A DNA stretch of 64,000 nucleotides from assembly GCF_009914755.1 (NCBI RefSeq), contig NC_060937.1; one strand, given 5' to 3'. Under the pieces are notes generated by a model, which had not been told where the DNA came from, did no database searches, and was given only the letters and a program-made list of their open reading frames with translations. Made by a program: the position numbers and the translations under genes. The stretch is from the human T2T-CHM13v2.0 reference genome, Homo sapiens. Below, in pieces: positions 29,172-44,853 of the stretch; positions within the stretch are counted from its first letter, which is position 1, and every line of letters starts with the position of its first letter.

Positions 29172-30316
29172 TTTATCAAGATGATATAATATAAAACTAT
29201 ATGCACCTTTCATTGAAGTAACTAAATATACAAAACAAATATTAAAGGATCTAAAGAGATAAATAGACTACAATATAATAATAGTAAGGAACTTCAAAAC
29301 CTCACTTTCAACAACAGAAAAATTAACTCGACAGAAAATTAATTTAAAAATATTAGACTGAACAACACTTTAAGCCAAATGGATCTTACATACATATACA
29401 GAACATTCCACCAAATAGCAACAAAACAAACATTTTTCTCAAGCACCTACAAAACATTCTTCAGGATAGATCAAAGGTTAGGACACAAAATAATCCTCAG
29501 CAAATTTAAGAAGGTTGAATTTATATCAAATATCTTTTTGATCACAATGGTATAAAACTAGAAATTTTGAAAACTCATGAATATATAGAAATTAAACAAC
29601 ATGCTCCTGAACAACCAATGAATCCCTGAAGAGAATAAGATGAAAATTAAAGAATTTCTCCAGACAAACAATAGCAGAAACACAAAATACCAAAAATTAT
29701 TGTATATATCAAAAACACTTATAGGAGAAAATTTTATAGCAATATATGCCTACCTGGAAAAAGAAGAAACAGCTCAAATAATTAAACCAACATTCCCTCA
29801 AGGAACCAGAAAGTAAAAGAACAAGCTAAACTCAAAGTTAGAAGAAGGAAGAAAATAATAAAGGCAAGAGTAGAAACAAATGAATTAGAGACTAGGAAAA
29901 CAATACAAAGGATCAAGAAAACTGAGAGTTGGTTTTTAAAAAGATAAATAAAATAGACAAACTTTAGCTTGACTGAAAAAAGGAGAGATGATACAGATAA
30001 ATAAAATAAAAAATGAAAGAGGAGACATTACAGCTGATACCAGAGAAACACGAAGGATCATAAGAGACTACTGTGTACCATTATATGTTATCAAATTAGA
30101 CAACCTAGAAGAAATGGATAAATTCCTAGACTAATACAACCACTCAAGACAGACTCATGAAGAAATAGAAAATCTGAAGACACTGATAATGAGTAAGGGG
30201 ATTGAATCAGTAATAAAAAATATTCCATCAATGAAAAGCCTAGGATCTCCCGGCTTCACAGCTGAGTTCTACCAAACATTTAAAGAAAAACTAATAAAAC
30301 ACTTCTCACACTTTTC

Positions 30317-30349
<33 letters not shown>

Positions 30350-33057
30350 AAAGAGGAGGAATTACTTTCACCTCTTCTTTTCATGAAGCTATCATTACCT
30401 TAATATATAACCAGACAAGGAAATTACAAGGAAATATCCTTGAACATAGATTCAAAAATCTTTCACAAAAATACTAGCCAACTGAATTCAACAACACATT
30501 AAAGGATCATCCACCATGTTCAAGTAAGATTTATCATTGTGATGCAAGGATGGCTTAATATATACAAATAAATAAATGTGACGTATCATCTTAACAGAAT
30601 AGTTTTTTTAAATCTGATCATTTCGTACAATGCAGAAAAACATTTGATAAAACTGAATATATTATTTTATGATAAAAACTTTTACCAAACTAGGTACAGA
30701 AAAAATAAACTTCAGCATAATAAAGGCAATATATGAGAAGCCCGTAAGTAATATTATACTCAATGGTGACATTTGAAAGCCTTTTCTCTAAGATCTGGAA
30801 CAAGACAAGGATATGCATTATTAGTACTTCTATTCAACATAGTATTGGAGGTCCTCTCTAGAACAATGGGTCAAGAGAAAGAAATAAAAGGCACCTAAAT
30901 GAGAAAAGAAGAATCGCCACTGCTTATTGATGGCATGATTTTATATATAGAATGCCCTCACACTCCACCAAAAAAATTGTTAGAATAAATAAATAAATAT
31001 AGTAAAGTTGCAGGATGCAAAATTGACAGATATAAATCAGTAGTGTTTCTATTCACCAACAACAAACTACCTAAAAATATATTCAAGAAAACAATACTAT
31101 TTACAATAGCTGCAAAATAGAATAAATACTTACGAATAAATTTATCCAACTAGGTGAAAGGCTTGTACATTGACAACTATAAAATATTAATAGAAGAAAT
31201 TGAAGAAGACATAAATAAATGGAATGTTCGTGGATTGGAAGAATTAATATTACTGAAATGTACATACTACCCAAAGTGATCTACAGATTCAATGCAATAC
31301 CTAATCAAAATTCCAATGTTTCATAAAAATAAAACGTATATGGAACCACAAAAAACCCCTACTGGTTACAGTTATTGTGAATAGAAAGAACAAAGCTGGA
31401 GTTATCACACTACCTAATATACTGCAAAATAATTAAAACAGCATAGTATTGGCAAAAAGAAATAGACTCATCAATCAATGAAACATAATAAAGAGTCCAG
31501 AAATGAACCCAGTGATTCATCAGCATTGGTCAACTGATTTTGACAAAGGTGCCAAAAATATGCAATAGGAAAGGGATAGACGCATCAATAAAAGTGCTGG
31601 GAAAACTGGCTTTCCACATGCAGAATTGGAACCTAATTTTATACCATACACAAAAATCAACTGAAAATGGATTACAGATTTAAACATAGACTGGAAACTC
31701 TAAAATTACTAGAAGAAAACATAGGGGAAAAATTACATTACATTGGATGGGACAATGTTTTTTTGTATTTGACCCCAAAAGTGCAGGCAACAAAAGCAAA
31801 ACTAGACAAGTGGGATTGCATCAACCTAAAAATCTTCTATACAGCAAATGAAACAGCTAACAGTGTATAAAGACAATCTATTCTGAAATGGGGGAAAATA
31901 TTTGCTGGCCATACATCTGATAAGAGGTTAATACCCAAACAACTTAATAGCAAGCAAAAAAAAAAAAAAAACAAAAACAAAAACAAAAAATCCTAATTAA
32001 AATGGCCAAAGAACCTGAATAGACATTTCTGAGAAGACATACAAATTGCCAATAAATATAAGAAAAAGTGCTCAACATCACTAATCATTAGGGAAATGCA
32101 AATAAAAACCACAATGAGATATCATCTCACACCTGTCAGAATGGCTTTATCAAAAACATGAAAGATACGTGTTGGCAAGAATGTGGAGAAAAGGGAACTC
32201 TCATACACTGTTGGAGGGAATGTAAATTAGTACATTCATCATGGAAATAGTACAGAGGGTCCTTAAAAAACTAAAAATATAATTGTTATATTACCTAGCA
32301 ATTCAACTTCTGGGTATTTCTGCCACTCCCATATTCATCACAGCAATATTTAAAATAGCCAAGTTATGGAATCAACTTGAGTGTCCATCAGCAGAGAAAT
32401 CAATGAAGAAAAGGTTTATATATATATATGTACACAACATACATTGTGTGTGTGTGTGCATCTATATATATACACTATATATATACACATAATATACACA
32501 CACACACACACAATGCACACAATGCAATACTATTTAACCTGTAAAAAATAAGGTAATTTAACCTGTAAAAAATAAGGTAACCTGCAAAAAATAAGGTAAT
32601 TCTGTCATTTGCAATAACATGGATAGAACTGAGACCATTATGCTAAGTGAAACAAGCCAGACACAGAAAGAAAAATACTACATGCTTTCACTTGCAGGTG
32701 GAATCTAAGACAATCAAGCTCATAGAAGCAGAGAGCAGAATGGTGGTTAGAGAAATGGGGGTGGGGGAAAGGGAGATGATGGTCAAAATGTATAAAATCT
32801 CAGACAAGAGAATTTTTGTCTTTTAAGTTCTATTGCATTGCATGGTGAATATAATTAGTAACAGAGTATTGCACATTTCAAAATAGCTAAATGTGTACAT
32901 TTTAAATGTTCTCACCACAAAAAAATGTGAAGTATTTGAGGTGATGAATAGGTTATCTAACTTGATATAGTTATTTCATATTGTGTTCATAAATTATAAT
33001 ATCACTTAGTAACCTGTGCATTTAGATAATTATAAATGGTCATTTACATTTCAAAAG
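29172..33057 (+). mobile_element. About 3.9-kb L1MA (ORF2 endonuclease to 3' UTR), degenerate
   Basis: Endonuclease (tacagaacattcca, cattttctcaagcac), GFTAEFYQTFKE, tctggaacaagacaagga and an L1MA 3' UTR. Confidence 0.9.
32532..32600. repeat. 24-bp tandem repeat (about 2.8 copies) inside the L1
   Basis: Unit atttaacctgtaaaaaataaggta. Confidence 0.9.
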
Positions 33058-33427
33058 TTGATCAATCCACACACATACATACACACACACCAAAATTTAA
33101 ACTTTTGGTGAAATAATTGTAGACATAAAAATCAAAACTTTAAAATTTTAGAAATATAAGAACATGTTTTAATATCTTTGATTTTTGGATGTATTTCTGA
33201 GTGTATTTAGTAGATTTAAGTAATGTGTATCATGGTGTAATTTCAACTGTTAATTACGCAAACCTCAATAATCTCTTATGTACAATGTGTAAATATTAAC
33301 ATCTAACAAATAAGATAAATCTGTATACGACTGGAAATCTTGGATCTTAAAATTTGATGTGAATTGGAAGCTTTATTAACCATCATTTTAGTAGTGATAA
33401 TTTTATACATTTAAACTTGTCTTTGCA

Positions 33428-33846
33428 TTTTTTAAATTGATGCATAATATTTGTACATATGTGTAGGGCAAATGTGATATTTACTTACATGCATAGAATA
33501 TGCAGTGATCAAATCAGGGTATTCAGGGTAATCAACACCTCAAGTATTTGTCATTTCTGTATGTTGGGAACATTTCAAGTCCTCTCTCCTAACTATCTTG
33601 AAATATACAATACATTGTTGTTAAAAAGTCACGTTACTTTGCTATCATACATCATAACCTTTTCCTTTTATCTAACTGTATGCTTGTACCCATTAATTAA
33701 CCTTTTTTCACCCTCTGCCCCACATCCTTTCCAGCCTCTGGTATCTATCATTCTACCCTCCGCCTCTGTGAAATCGACTATTTTAACTCCCATATATGAG
33801 TGAAAATATGCAATATTTGTCTTTCTGCACCTGGCTTCTTTTACTT
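33428..33846 (-). mobile_element. L1MA (MA2-4-like) 3' UTR
   Basis: tttgtacatat...gatcaaatcagggtatt...ccagcctctggta...atatgagtga. Confidence 0.85.
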
Positions 33847-34458
33847 CTTGTCCATTTGCAGAAATATTTTTGCAGACTTTATAGCCAATTACTTTTCTTT
33901 GTTGCCTATCTTCATGAATAATTCCACTGACCAATTTGTTGACTAAGTTAAAACTTGAAATCATATTCATATTCCAAGTTAGTAATCATGTATTGGAGTT
34001 TTTCTTGCTCAATATATTCTTTTTACATTTCTTAATTTTTCTTCCCAACAACTCATTAAAGACACATTAGCTTGTTTCCTGGATTATTGCAAAACTCCCC
34101 TCCACTTTTTTCCCTTACATCAATACAGCATCATTTTCTAAAATCACACATATTACAAACAAATCGTTTTTGCCTAAAATACTCAAATAGCATGGCATAG
34201 TTTTTAATGTAATGATTCTAATCATTAGAATCTTGCCTAATCTTTGGTCTTAGTTTTAAGCTTAAATAGGTTAAATAGACCCTCCTCTAATTGCACCTAC
34301 ATGGTGAAGGGTGTTTCAGGCAAAGAGAACTTCAAATGCAAAGACTTGAATCATATCTGGTGTTCCTGCAAAAAAACAGAGAGCCCAGTATGACTAGAGT
34401 AGATTGAGTATAGAAGAGATTGAAGTGTGATGAGAAGTCATTAAAAGAGTCTGACCTT

Positions 34459-34766
34459 GGCTGAGCGTGGTGGCTCATGCCTGTAATCCCAGCCGAGGAG
34501 ATTACAGGCGTGAGCCACCTGGGGGGCCGAGGTGGGCGGATCACGAGGTCACGAGATCGAGACCATCCTGGATAACACGGTGAAACCCCGTCTCTACTAA
34601 AAATACAAACAATTAGCTGGGCGTGGTGGTGGGCGCCTGTAGTCCCAGCTACTCGGGAGGCAGGAGAGTGGTGTGAACCTGGGAGGCGGAGCTTGCAGCG
34701 AGCCGAGATCGCGCCACTGCACTACAGCCAGGGCGACAGAGCGAGACTCCATCTCAAAAAAAAAAA
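34459..34766 (+). mobile_element. AluY with an internal fold-back insertion
   Basis: gagatcgagaccatcctgg and gcggagcttgcag; TSD aaaagagtctgacctt / aaaagagtgtgacctt. Confidence 0.95.
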
Positions 34767-34824
34767 AAAGAGTGTGACCTTATCTATGAAAAGTATCTCT
34801 TTCCTTTAAAAGAAGATTTGTTCA

Positions 34825-35154
<330 letters not shown>

Positions 35155-35649
35155 TTAGAATGGGGCTACAGTGGTCCAGGCAACAGATCATATTGGTTTG
35201 CGCTAATAGGGTAGTTGTGAGAATTATCAGACTCTGTCTACATTTAGAAGGGGGTGTTAACAGGTTGACTGATGGATCGAATGTGGGGTGTGAAAACAAG
35301 AGAGGAGTCAAAATGCTTCCAGGGTTTGAAGCCTCCGTGAATGGGTGATGCTGACAATGTTTATCAAGAGGAAAATCATTATATGAGGAACTGATTTAAA
35401 GGTGAGGAAAATGAGAGTTCAACACTTGATGAGAAACTCCATCCTCTATGTCCTTCTCACTGGACAGACACACACCCATGTGCACCTAGACACCACAACA
35501 TGACGTCACCTCATTGCACCAGGTGATCTCTTGACCTTCTCTGGCCTACTCAGAGCTATATACTCTGGCCCAGCACTCATTCATTCTTTTCCACTTATTT
35601 CTTTCTGGCTTTTCTGGGAAGTCACCAAAATGGCCAATATATCAAGCAG

Positions 35650-37950
35650 CTGATCTATATTGTTTTTTAAAACCTACACGTTGTTTAGTCTTATAATTAT
35701 TAATTTTCAAATATGTTTTTCTTATTTAATGATTTCTAATTTGATATTATTGCAGTTAGAAGATGTGGTTTGCATGACACCATTTCATTGAAATGTGAAA
35801 CTTTTTTAATGTCTTAAAATGCTGTTTACTCTTGTAAAAAAAAGTGAAATTAATAAGAATGTGTATTTTCTAAAGCAGTTTAATATTTTTGCAGTTTATT
35901 CATAATTTTGAATAGTGTATTTAAATATTCCACATTAATGGTGAATTTAACAATTTCTTCTTGTAGTTCCATGAGATCTAGTTTTATATATTTTGAGATT
36001 ATTTTATCAGGTACATGCAAATTAGGTATTATTTTTCTTGTATTGAAACTTTTGATGTTTTGAAGGATGTGATTTTTCTTAAAATGTCTTTTATTTTGCA
36101 ATCATCTTTTTAAAATCTTTTTTGGAAATCATCTTACTAGTGTATAGATTATCATTTTTTTACTTTTGAATAAGTCTGGCTGTGCCCTTTTGCTTTATGT
36201 CTTTTTAAATTGTAAAATCTGGAGTTTTTTTGTTTGTTTCTGTTTATAAAGAGTTTTTTTATTCCTTTTACATGTGATATAATCATTAATAAATTTTCTA
36301 TTACTATTTTCTTAATTTATGCTTTTTATTTGTATTATTATTTCTATTATTTCTATTGTATTTTTCTTTATTTTAAATATTCAACTGTTTTGTTCTACTG
36401 ATTTCACAATTATTCCTCCCTTTTCTTTTTAATAATTTACTTTTTAGTTTAACTTTTTATGTTTCACAAAGTATGAAATCAATATTTTAATGCTTTCCTG
36501 AAAATACAAGAAGGGAGAATATCTCCATCCCAATTTACATGTCTATTGTGAGACTTGCTCATTTTTCACTCCCTGAAAGTAGGGAATATTAAGAAATATA
36601 TGTCTGTAAAATACTTTTAAAAAAGAATGAAAGTGACTTCAATGTAAAAGGCATTCTTCGGAAAAAGCATGTCCTTCCATTTACATGTTAATTTACATAT
36701 TGTTTTGTCCAGTTTATACATCATTTCTTGTTTTAACCTAATAAACTGATAATATTTTATTTGTTCTATAGAGGCATACTGTTCAGAATTGCTTAGTTTA
36801 TTGTTCAGAGTTTTTCCTTTACATCAAAATTATTTCCAGGTTCATTTTGATTTTTCATGCAGCACGTCTTTTAGAAATTTACTTAAAAATTGTCTCTTAA
36901 TAATCATTTCCTTTTCTCTCATTGCACATAAATATCTTTATTTTACATTCAAGCATGAAATAGATTTTCTAGATAGCTAATACTGGATTGACTATTTTTT
37001 CTTTTTAGTAATATAAGAGTATCATTCTCTTTTTTAACTTCCTTTATCAGTTTTGACAACTTGGTTATAGATCAAATTGTTATTACTTTGTAGATTTTTT
37101 CAATCTTTTATTTCTGTTAAGAACTTTTCTTTGTTGCTAAAGCACTAAAGCTTTACTATAATTATCTATTTGCAATTTTCTTTATATTTCACTTTTGATA
37201 TATTGTGCCTTCTATATTTATTAATTCATTTTATCAATTCTGGAAATTTCTCAGTCATTTTCCAGCAAATACTACATTTTTCATTTTTTATAGTTCTAAG
37301 TCTCGAAAGCTTACTAGATCTAAGCTACATATTCTTAGTCTAACCTTCACAATTTGAACTTTTATACCATATTTTTCTTAAGACAATTTTCTTAAATATA
37401 CTTTCCAGTTTACTAGTATCCTTTTATCAGTTTTTAGTCTGCTGTTTAGGTGATCAATCAAGTATAATTTCAACAAATTTATTCTTCATTTATAAAATTT
37501 CTATTTAGAGCTTTTACCACATCAGTTTGGCATCTTTGGTAAATCTCTTTTTCCTTTCACAATTTTTTTCACATTTAATTTCTTTAATTTTTCAAACAAT
37601 TGTTTTTTAAATCTATTTCCAATTGAATATATTTTTAAGATTGATTTTGTTATTTCTAATTCATTGTGGCTTATTTCCACTTTTTATAATTTTTGGAGAT
37701 ATCATATTTTGATAAGAGTTCATCCTTATATATTTAAAAGGTTTCATTGGAAAAACTTTGTTCAGGATGAATTTCCATTTGATTCTGCCCATTACCAAGA
37801 GCTGTTGCTGACCTGGGACTATGTTAGATCCATTCTAACATCTAAGATTTAAATTGAGTACTCAGATCCATATCCTTCTACTTTGTAGAAGATTGAATTT
37901 TACACTTGAGATCCCAATCCTTATATTATCATTTGCCTTTTAGGCCACCC
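35650..37950 (-). mobile_element. Highly degenerate L1ME-like sequence
   Basis: T-rich strand. The reverse translation at 35880-36101 (KYIKLDLMELQEEI...TINVEYLNT) resembles L1 endonuclease. Confidence 0.55.
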
Positions 37951-38280
37951 TGTTTTGCATTTATATACTGTTTATTGTTCTATGTTCTGGTTTCAGGTCA
38001 TTGTACTTTTCTTTGACTCACTCTCAGAGATTTCCCTTAGTTTTGGAGAAACAAAAGATGAAGGATCAAACTGTAGTTTAAAACCTCTACTAGGTTTCCT
38101 GTCTAACACATGGCTAAAGTATGGGACCTCGCTAATGTTTTCTTTACAATGTGTCACATCTTTCAGCTGGTATGTTTAGACTATTTTCTTATCCTGTGAT
38201 GTGTGTGATGTGTGTGTGTGTGTTAAACTTTTTTTTAGAAAAAGCCCTGGACAAGACAGAAAGCTTTGTTTTTGTCTCCC

Positions 38281-38664
38281 TGTCTTAGTCCCTTTGTGCT
38301 GCTATAAAAAATATCTGATACTGAGACTGAGTAGCTAATAAATAATATAAATGTATTGTTTATGGTTCTTGAGGCTGGAAAGTCTAAGATCAAAGTGCTG
38401 CCAGGTTCAGAGTCTGGTGAGAGCTACATTCTCCTTCCAACAGGACGCTTCATTGCTGCATCCTTCAGAGGGGATGAATGCTGTCTTCACATGGCAGAAG
38501 TGATGGAAGGAGTGAACTTAGCCTCTCAGGCCCTTTTATAAGGCACTAATCCGTGAATGACAGTGAAGCCCTAATGGCCTAATTATGTCTTATAGGCCTC
38601 ACTTCTTCAAACTCTCTTATTGGGAATTAAGTTTCAACATGAATTTGGAGGGGACACAGTCACA
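38281..38664 (-). mobile_element. MST (MSTC/D-like) MaLR solo LTR
   Basis: tgtcttagtcc...tgctgctataa...gaggctggaaagtctaagatcaa...attaagtttcaacatgaattt. Confidence 0.85.
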
Positions 38665-38727
38665 CCCTCTGTCATTTATTGACATTTTTTCTTCTATAAA
38701 ATTTTCTGAAGTTTAAAAGAGCTTCAG

Positions 38728-39028
<301 letters not shown>

Positions 39029-39720
39029 GGAAGAGCCTTCAGGTCTAATATTTTGCCTTTCACCCAAGACCTCATTTTCTGTTTGTCCCATCTTCACTAT
39101 AAAATGCCAGCCTTTTGGTTTTTGAAATCAACAAACACTTCCAGAAGGGCCATACAGTCAACCTTATCTAACCCTCTTGTTATTCTCTCTTTCACCCTGA
39201 AACTATTAAAAAATCCTTTCAATTTTACTGTGCATTTTTAACTTAGTTTTATTCAATTATTAGTATGACTTCTGATAATTTTTTCAACATAGTATATGCG
39301 CAATATTACTAAAGATAAAAGATTTTATTTCTTCTTTAAATTATTAAAGTTTCGTTTTTGTTATCTATTTAATGTAATCTTGGCCTTGAGGCTCTATCTA
39401 CTGAAAAGCTTCCTTTACATAAGCATGAATGGTAACTGAATTTACTAACAATATAATTGTTAGTAGAAGTTCAATTTGTTAGAATGTTTGTTGTAGGCAA
39501 TTCAGTTAATGACCAGATTATCAATAAACAAACATAGGGATAATTAAGTTACTACTTAAGACCTCATTGTTTATTGTGTAATCAAATTTCATATTAATTA
39601 AATATAAATATTCTAAGCAGAAACATTTAGAAAGTTAATCCTAACGTTTCCTCTACATATTTATGTGAGAAATAAAATTTGTAATTCATTTCTAACCCAA
39701 GGAAAAGTATGTTTCTTTAA

Positions 39721-40107
<387 letters not shown>

Positions 40108-40164
40108 TGAAGTGGTCATTGTAGGCGGTGTGGGTTCAATATCTTCTTTTTTTAAAAAAAACAC

Positions 40165-40393
40165 AATAAAAATAATACAAATAAAAACAATATAATATAA
40201 CAATGATTTCTGTAGCGTTTACATTGTATTAGGTATTGTAAGTACTTCGGAGATGATTTAAAGTATACTGGAAGATATGCATAAGTACTGTGCAATACTA
40301 TGCCGTTTTATAAAAGGAGGTTGAACTTCTACAGATTTTTGTATTTGCAGAGGCCCTGGAATCAATTCCCATGGATATTGAAGTTGGACTTTA
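40165..40393 (+). mobile_element. Tigger3 (TcMar) DNA transposon, terminal half
   Basis: tttacattgtattaggtattgtaagta...gagatgatttaaagtatac...cctggaatcaattcccatggata. Confidence 0.85.
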
Positions 40394-40470
40394 CACCTCC
40401 AATGTCCAACAGCCTACACAATTTGATCTTTGGGCCTCTGATCTTTAATAGTAATTCTTTCGTAAGTTAA

Positions 40471-40887
<417 letters not shown>

Positions 40888-41249
40888 TAACATTTAACAC
40901 CCCTAGTTATGATAGTCTATGTGAATGAATGGGAAAACCATTAAGAAAATATTTCAAACCAAAGATCTAGGTTTCTTTTCTTTCACTATCCCATCACTTG
41001 CAGTCCAAAAGTAATCACTGTTGATTCTATGTTTGAATTATATTTATAATCTGTTTGCCTCGCTCCCCCAACTGTGCTCTCATTTGAATTCAAACCACCA
41101 TTATTTCTCACTTGGAAAACTGTAATAGTTTCGGACTGCCCTTTCTACATACAGCCTTGCCTTGCTACAATCCATCCTCTTTTTTGTTCTTGTTATTTGT
41201 TGGATTTAGCTTTTAATTTCCTGATAGATTAATCTTTACAAAAATCTTG

Positions 41250-41552
41250 GGCCGGGCGCAGTGGCTCACGCCTGTAATCCTGGCACTTTGAGAGGTCAAG
41301 GTGGGCGGACCACCTGAGGTCAGGCGTTCAATACCAGCCTGGCCAACATGGTGAAACCCCGTCTCTACTAAAATACAAAAATCAGCCAGGCACGATGGCG
41401 GGTGCCTATAATCCCAGCTACTTGGGAGGCTGAGGCGGGAGAATCACTTGAACCCGGGACATGGTGGTTGCAGTGTGAGCTGAGATCGCGCCACTGCACT
41501 CCAGCCTGGGCGGCAGAGCCAGATTCCATCTCAAAAAAAAAAAAAAAAAAAA
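41250..41552 (+). mobile_element. AluSx
   Basis: Full dimer with poly-A. Confidence 0.95.
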
Positions 41553-41554
41553 GT

Positions 41555-41722
41555 GCTGGGCGTGGATTGATGTGTGCCTGTAGTCCCAGGTACTTGGGAA
41601 GCTGAGGCAGGAGAATCCTTGAACTTGGGAGGTGGAAGTTGCAGTGTGCCGAGATCATGCCACTGCACTCCAGCCTGGGCAACAGAGCAAGACTCCATCT
41701 AAAAAAACAAAACAAAACAAAA
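41555..41722 (+). mobile_element. Alu right arm directly behind the previous Alu
   Basis: gctgggcgtgg...gcaagactccatct plus an (aaaac)n tail. Confidence 0.9.
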
Positions 41723-43984
41723 CATAGGTAAAATTAGGCCATTCTGCTTCTTAAAGCTCTCCAATGACTTTTCTTTATTCTTAGAGTACAACTAGGCTCT
41801 TTACCATGCACTACAAGCCACTACATCTGACAGCGTCTATATGCTTCTCTGACTTCATTCCAAATAGCATTCCCCCAACTCCTAATACTTAGCCACAGTA
41901 AATTTCCATTTATTGCATAGAAAGTAAAATTTGAACTTGACATGAGACTTAAACCCATCCTTTGCACTTGAAAACTTTTCTTTCAGATCTTCATTGGGAA
42001 ACTTCTTGAAATCATTAAAAAATTCCAACATCTAATTCTGAAAGGATATTTCATAACACAATCAAAAATACCCCTCAACCAATCTCTCCCACATGTAATT
42101 GTTTATCATATCACCAATTGAGTTAGTTTTCTTCCTGGAAGTCATCATTATCTGAAATTATCTTGCCTGTGTGTTTGTGTATTAACTGAATATCCCATTA
42201 CATTATAAATTCCATGATAGCAAGAACTTTATCTATATATATTAATCCAGTTAGAGATTAAAAATAAGCATACTAGGTTTATGGAATCTCGTTACATGAT
42301 TGATAATATTTGAAGTGATGAGTTCAAGTATGATATTACATATAGACAGTAAGCTGATTATGAGTTTTCTGAAAAATTAGATAAGATAATTTAGATTAAA
42401 TTTTATAGACAATAGAAAAGTGGTTTACATTTTGCTTTAAATTCACAATAAAAACCTTTTTTTTAATAATTTACACAACTTTACTTTCCATGGCCTGAGA
42501 ATCTAATTATTGAGTCTTAAACATGACAAGTAAGCCTATTTCAAAAGATATGTAGGATAAGAAGTATTTGTGTATCTATAAATGTACTATATTTTAATCT
42601 CATGTAAACAATGAAAAAATATTTTAAAAAGTAAAAATATATTCTTCATGCCACTATGAGGTATCAGTTTAAAAATCGCTTTCACATTTTTTTCTATTGA
42701 GAGTTTCTATTGTGTTTTTGCCTCAGAGTGATAAAAGGCAATTTGGCCTTTACTCTAGGGATTTATAAAAGATATTTGCAATAAAGCAATTCAACCATAA
42801 AATATACCTGCCAAAAAAGATGGGTAAATGACTGTGGTATAAGCTCCTTGAATTTTTTTGTAAGTTATCGTAACATTTTCAACTTTACCAATATAATCAC
42901 AATTATGCAATTACTTAGTCTCCTTTTTGTGGCTGTTTTTAAGAAAGACAAAATTATTCTGCTTGGCAATCAGAAGGAAGCTATTCCACATATGATTAGA
43001 GTAGACATTTAAAGCAATAATGTTCAAGAAGAAAAAGTGGCAATAGAATGACTTAGAACAATTTGAATAGAAAACGAAGAATGAACCAATAACTTAACAT
43101 ATTTTCCAACTGAAGATTTTTGTCCTTATATCCAGCTATAGGCAGCAAGATTAATTCTTCCTAAGATGTATTTACCAATGATAGATGACAAATAGATAAG
43201 TAGATAGATAGGTATTATGGCTAAATGAACCAGTCACATCTACTATTTGTTGAATTCGCACTTTACATTAAAATTTATCATTCAATTTTGAACACAAATC
43301 ATATAGACACATGAAGGACAAATTTTTAAAAATCAATACAGCATGACATTAATGAAGGTGTCAAAGACAAACAAAATGTAAACTTGTGTAACATATATCC
43401 TTATCACAAAATAATTGTATTCCAGAACTAAAGGTCACATGGTGATGCTCCAGCTCAACCACCTAATTTTACAGCAAAACTTAACAGAGACACAAAGATA
43501 CTTACATGTTGAACTTAACAGGCAGGTGGAAGCTAAAATAAAAACCATGCAATTTATAGAAAAGCACTAATAAAATAAGAGATTTTCAATGTAATTGTAA
43601 ACTGTTAACATTTACTCTACAATAAGAGTATAGCTAGTTAAGGTATCTTGTGTGCTTATTTTTCTTTTTTAGCAATGGAACACACGTTTGTATGTCTCTA
43701 TATTTCTGGAAATGTTTTATATAATATTTAAATCTTTACTTACATTAGCTACTGGCTTAACTTTATGAATATCAAGATAGATTGGTAGAAGACACAGCAT
43801 TTGGGTAAACCACAAAACCTGGTGGTGGTTTTATGGTGTGCTTTCAATTCTGATGCACTAAATATAAAGAAAATACAAGCATGTGTAAGTAGTACTTAAA
43901 GTGGTTGTTAACAACACTAATTGTTTGCTCTCAATAAAACTGTATTACTATCGTACTCGTAAGAACCCCCTTGGGAAGATAGAA

Positions 43985-44019
43985 GTGTGCGTGTGTGCGT
44001 GTGTGTGTGTGTGTGTGTG
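43985..44019. repeat. (TG)n microsatellite
   Basis: Directly visible. Confidence 0.95.
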
Positions 44020-44755
44020 ATTGGTATTTTCAATTATTAGAAATTCTTACAGGTTATTGCTGTAGGTTATTAGAGAATAATCACTGAAAGTCTAAAGAGA
44101 AAGAAGTTTGAGGGTAGTAGAGAGTTGGGGATTTATATTATCCACTGTCCATCTCTGCCGCCCCTGCAAACCAACAGAGTTGTTTGGTGATGTATTGAAA
44201 GAATGGGTGTGGAGTGCAGATGATAGAAATAGAATAAATCGAACATTTTTTTAAAATTATTCTTTCAATTTTTTTGTTGACTATAATTTATATCTCAGCA
44301 AGTGGGATTTTGATAAGTGGTACTCTGCTTGAAATGATGTAATTAAAATGGCTATTTTAATCCAGAAATAAAATCCAAATGTAGCAACAATCTGATGTTT
44401 CTTATAATATCGGTTATGAATATTACTGGAAGTCTTTTTAATAAAAAATAATACATTATTTTAAATAATACACACTTCAACAATAACAGAGACCAAAGCC
44501 CATAATAATTAAGACTTCATTGTGTAAACAAAACTAAAGGTGAGAAAATTACATTTATTTACAAAGAAAACAGATAAAAATAAATTATGATAACTAGATA
44601 CTATAATGCATGCCAAAAATTTCCATAAAAATTGATACTATGAATATCTTCTCTTGTTTTCCTTTATGGTGTGCAGGTGAATAATTGATTCTACTGAATA
44701 AAACTATATTCAGTAACATATTTTATGTTGTTGTTTGGGGTAGAAATAAATAAAC

Positions 44756-44853
44756 AACATATTTATGTTGTTGTTTTGGGTAGAAATCCAATAATAAGCA
44801 CGTATACATGCTTATTATTGGATTTCTACCCAAAACAACAACGTAAATATGTT
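44756..44853. repeat. Spacer-less inverted repeat with 49-bp arms and 2 mismatches
   Basis: aacatatttatgttgttgttttgggtagaaatccaataataagcacgta | tacatgcttattattggatttctacccaaaacaacaacgtaaatatgtt. Confidence 0.97.

Larger units (their letters stand above)
41035..42250 (+). mobile_element. L2 fragment, interrupted by Alus
   Basis: ccaccattatttctcacttgga...ctacaatccat and cttaaagctctccaatgactt. Confidence 0.55.
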
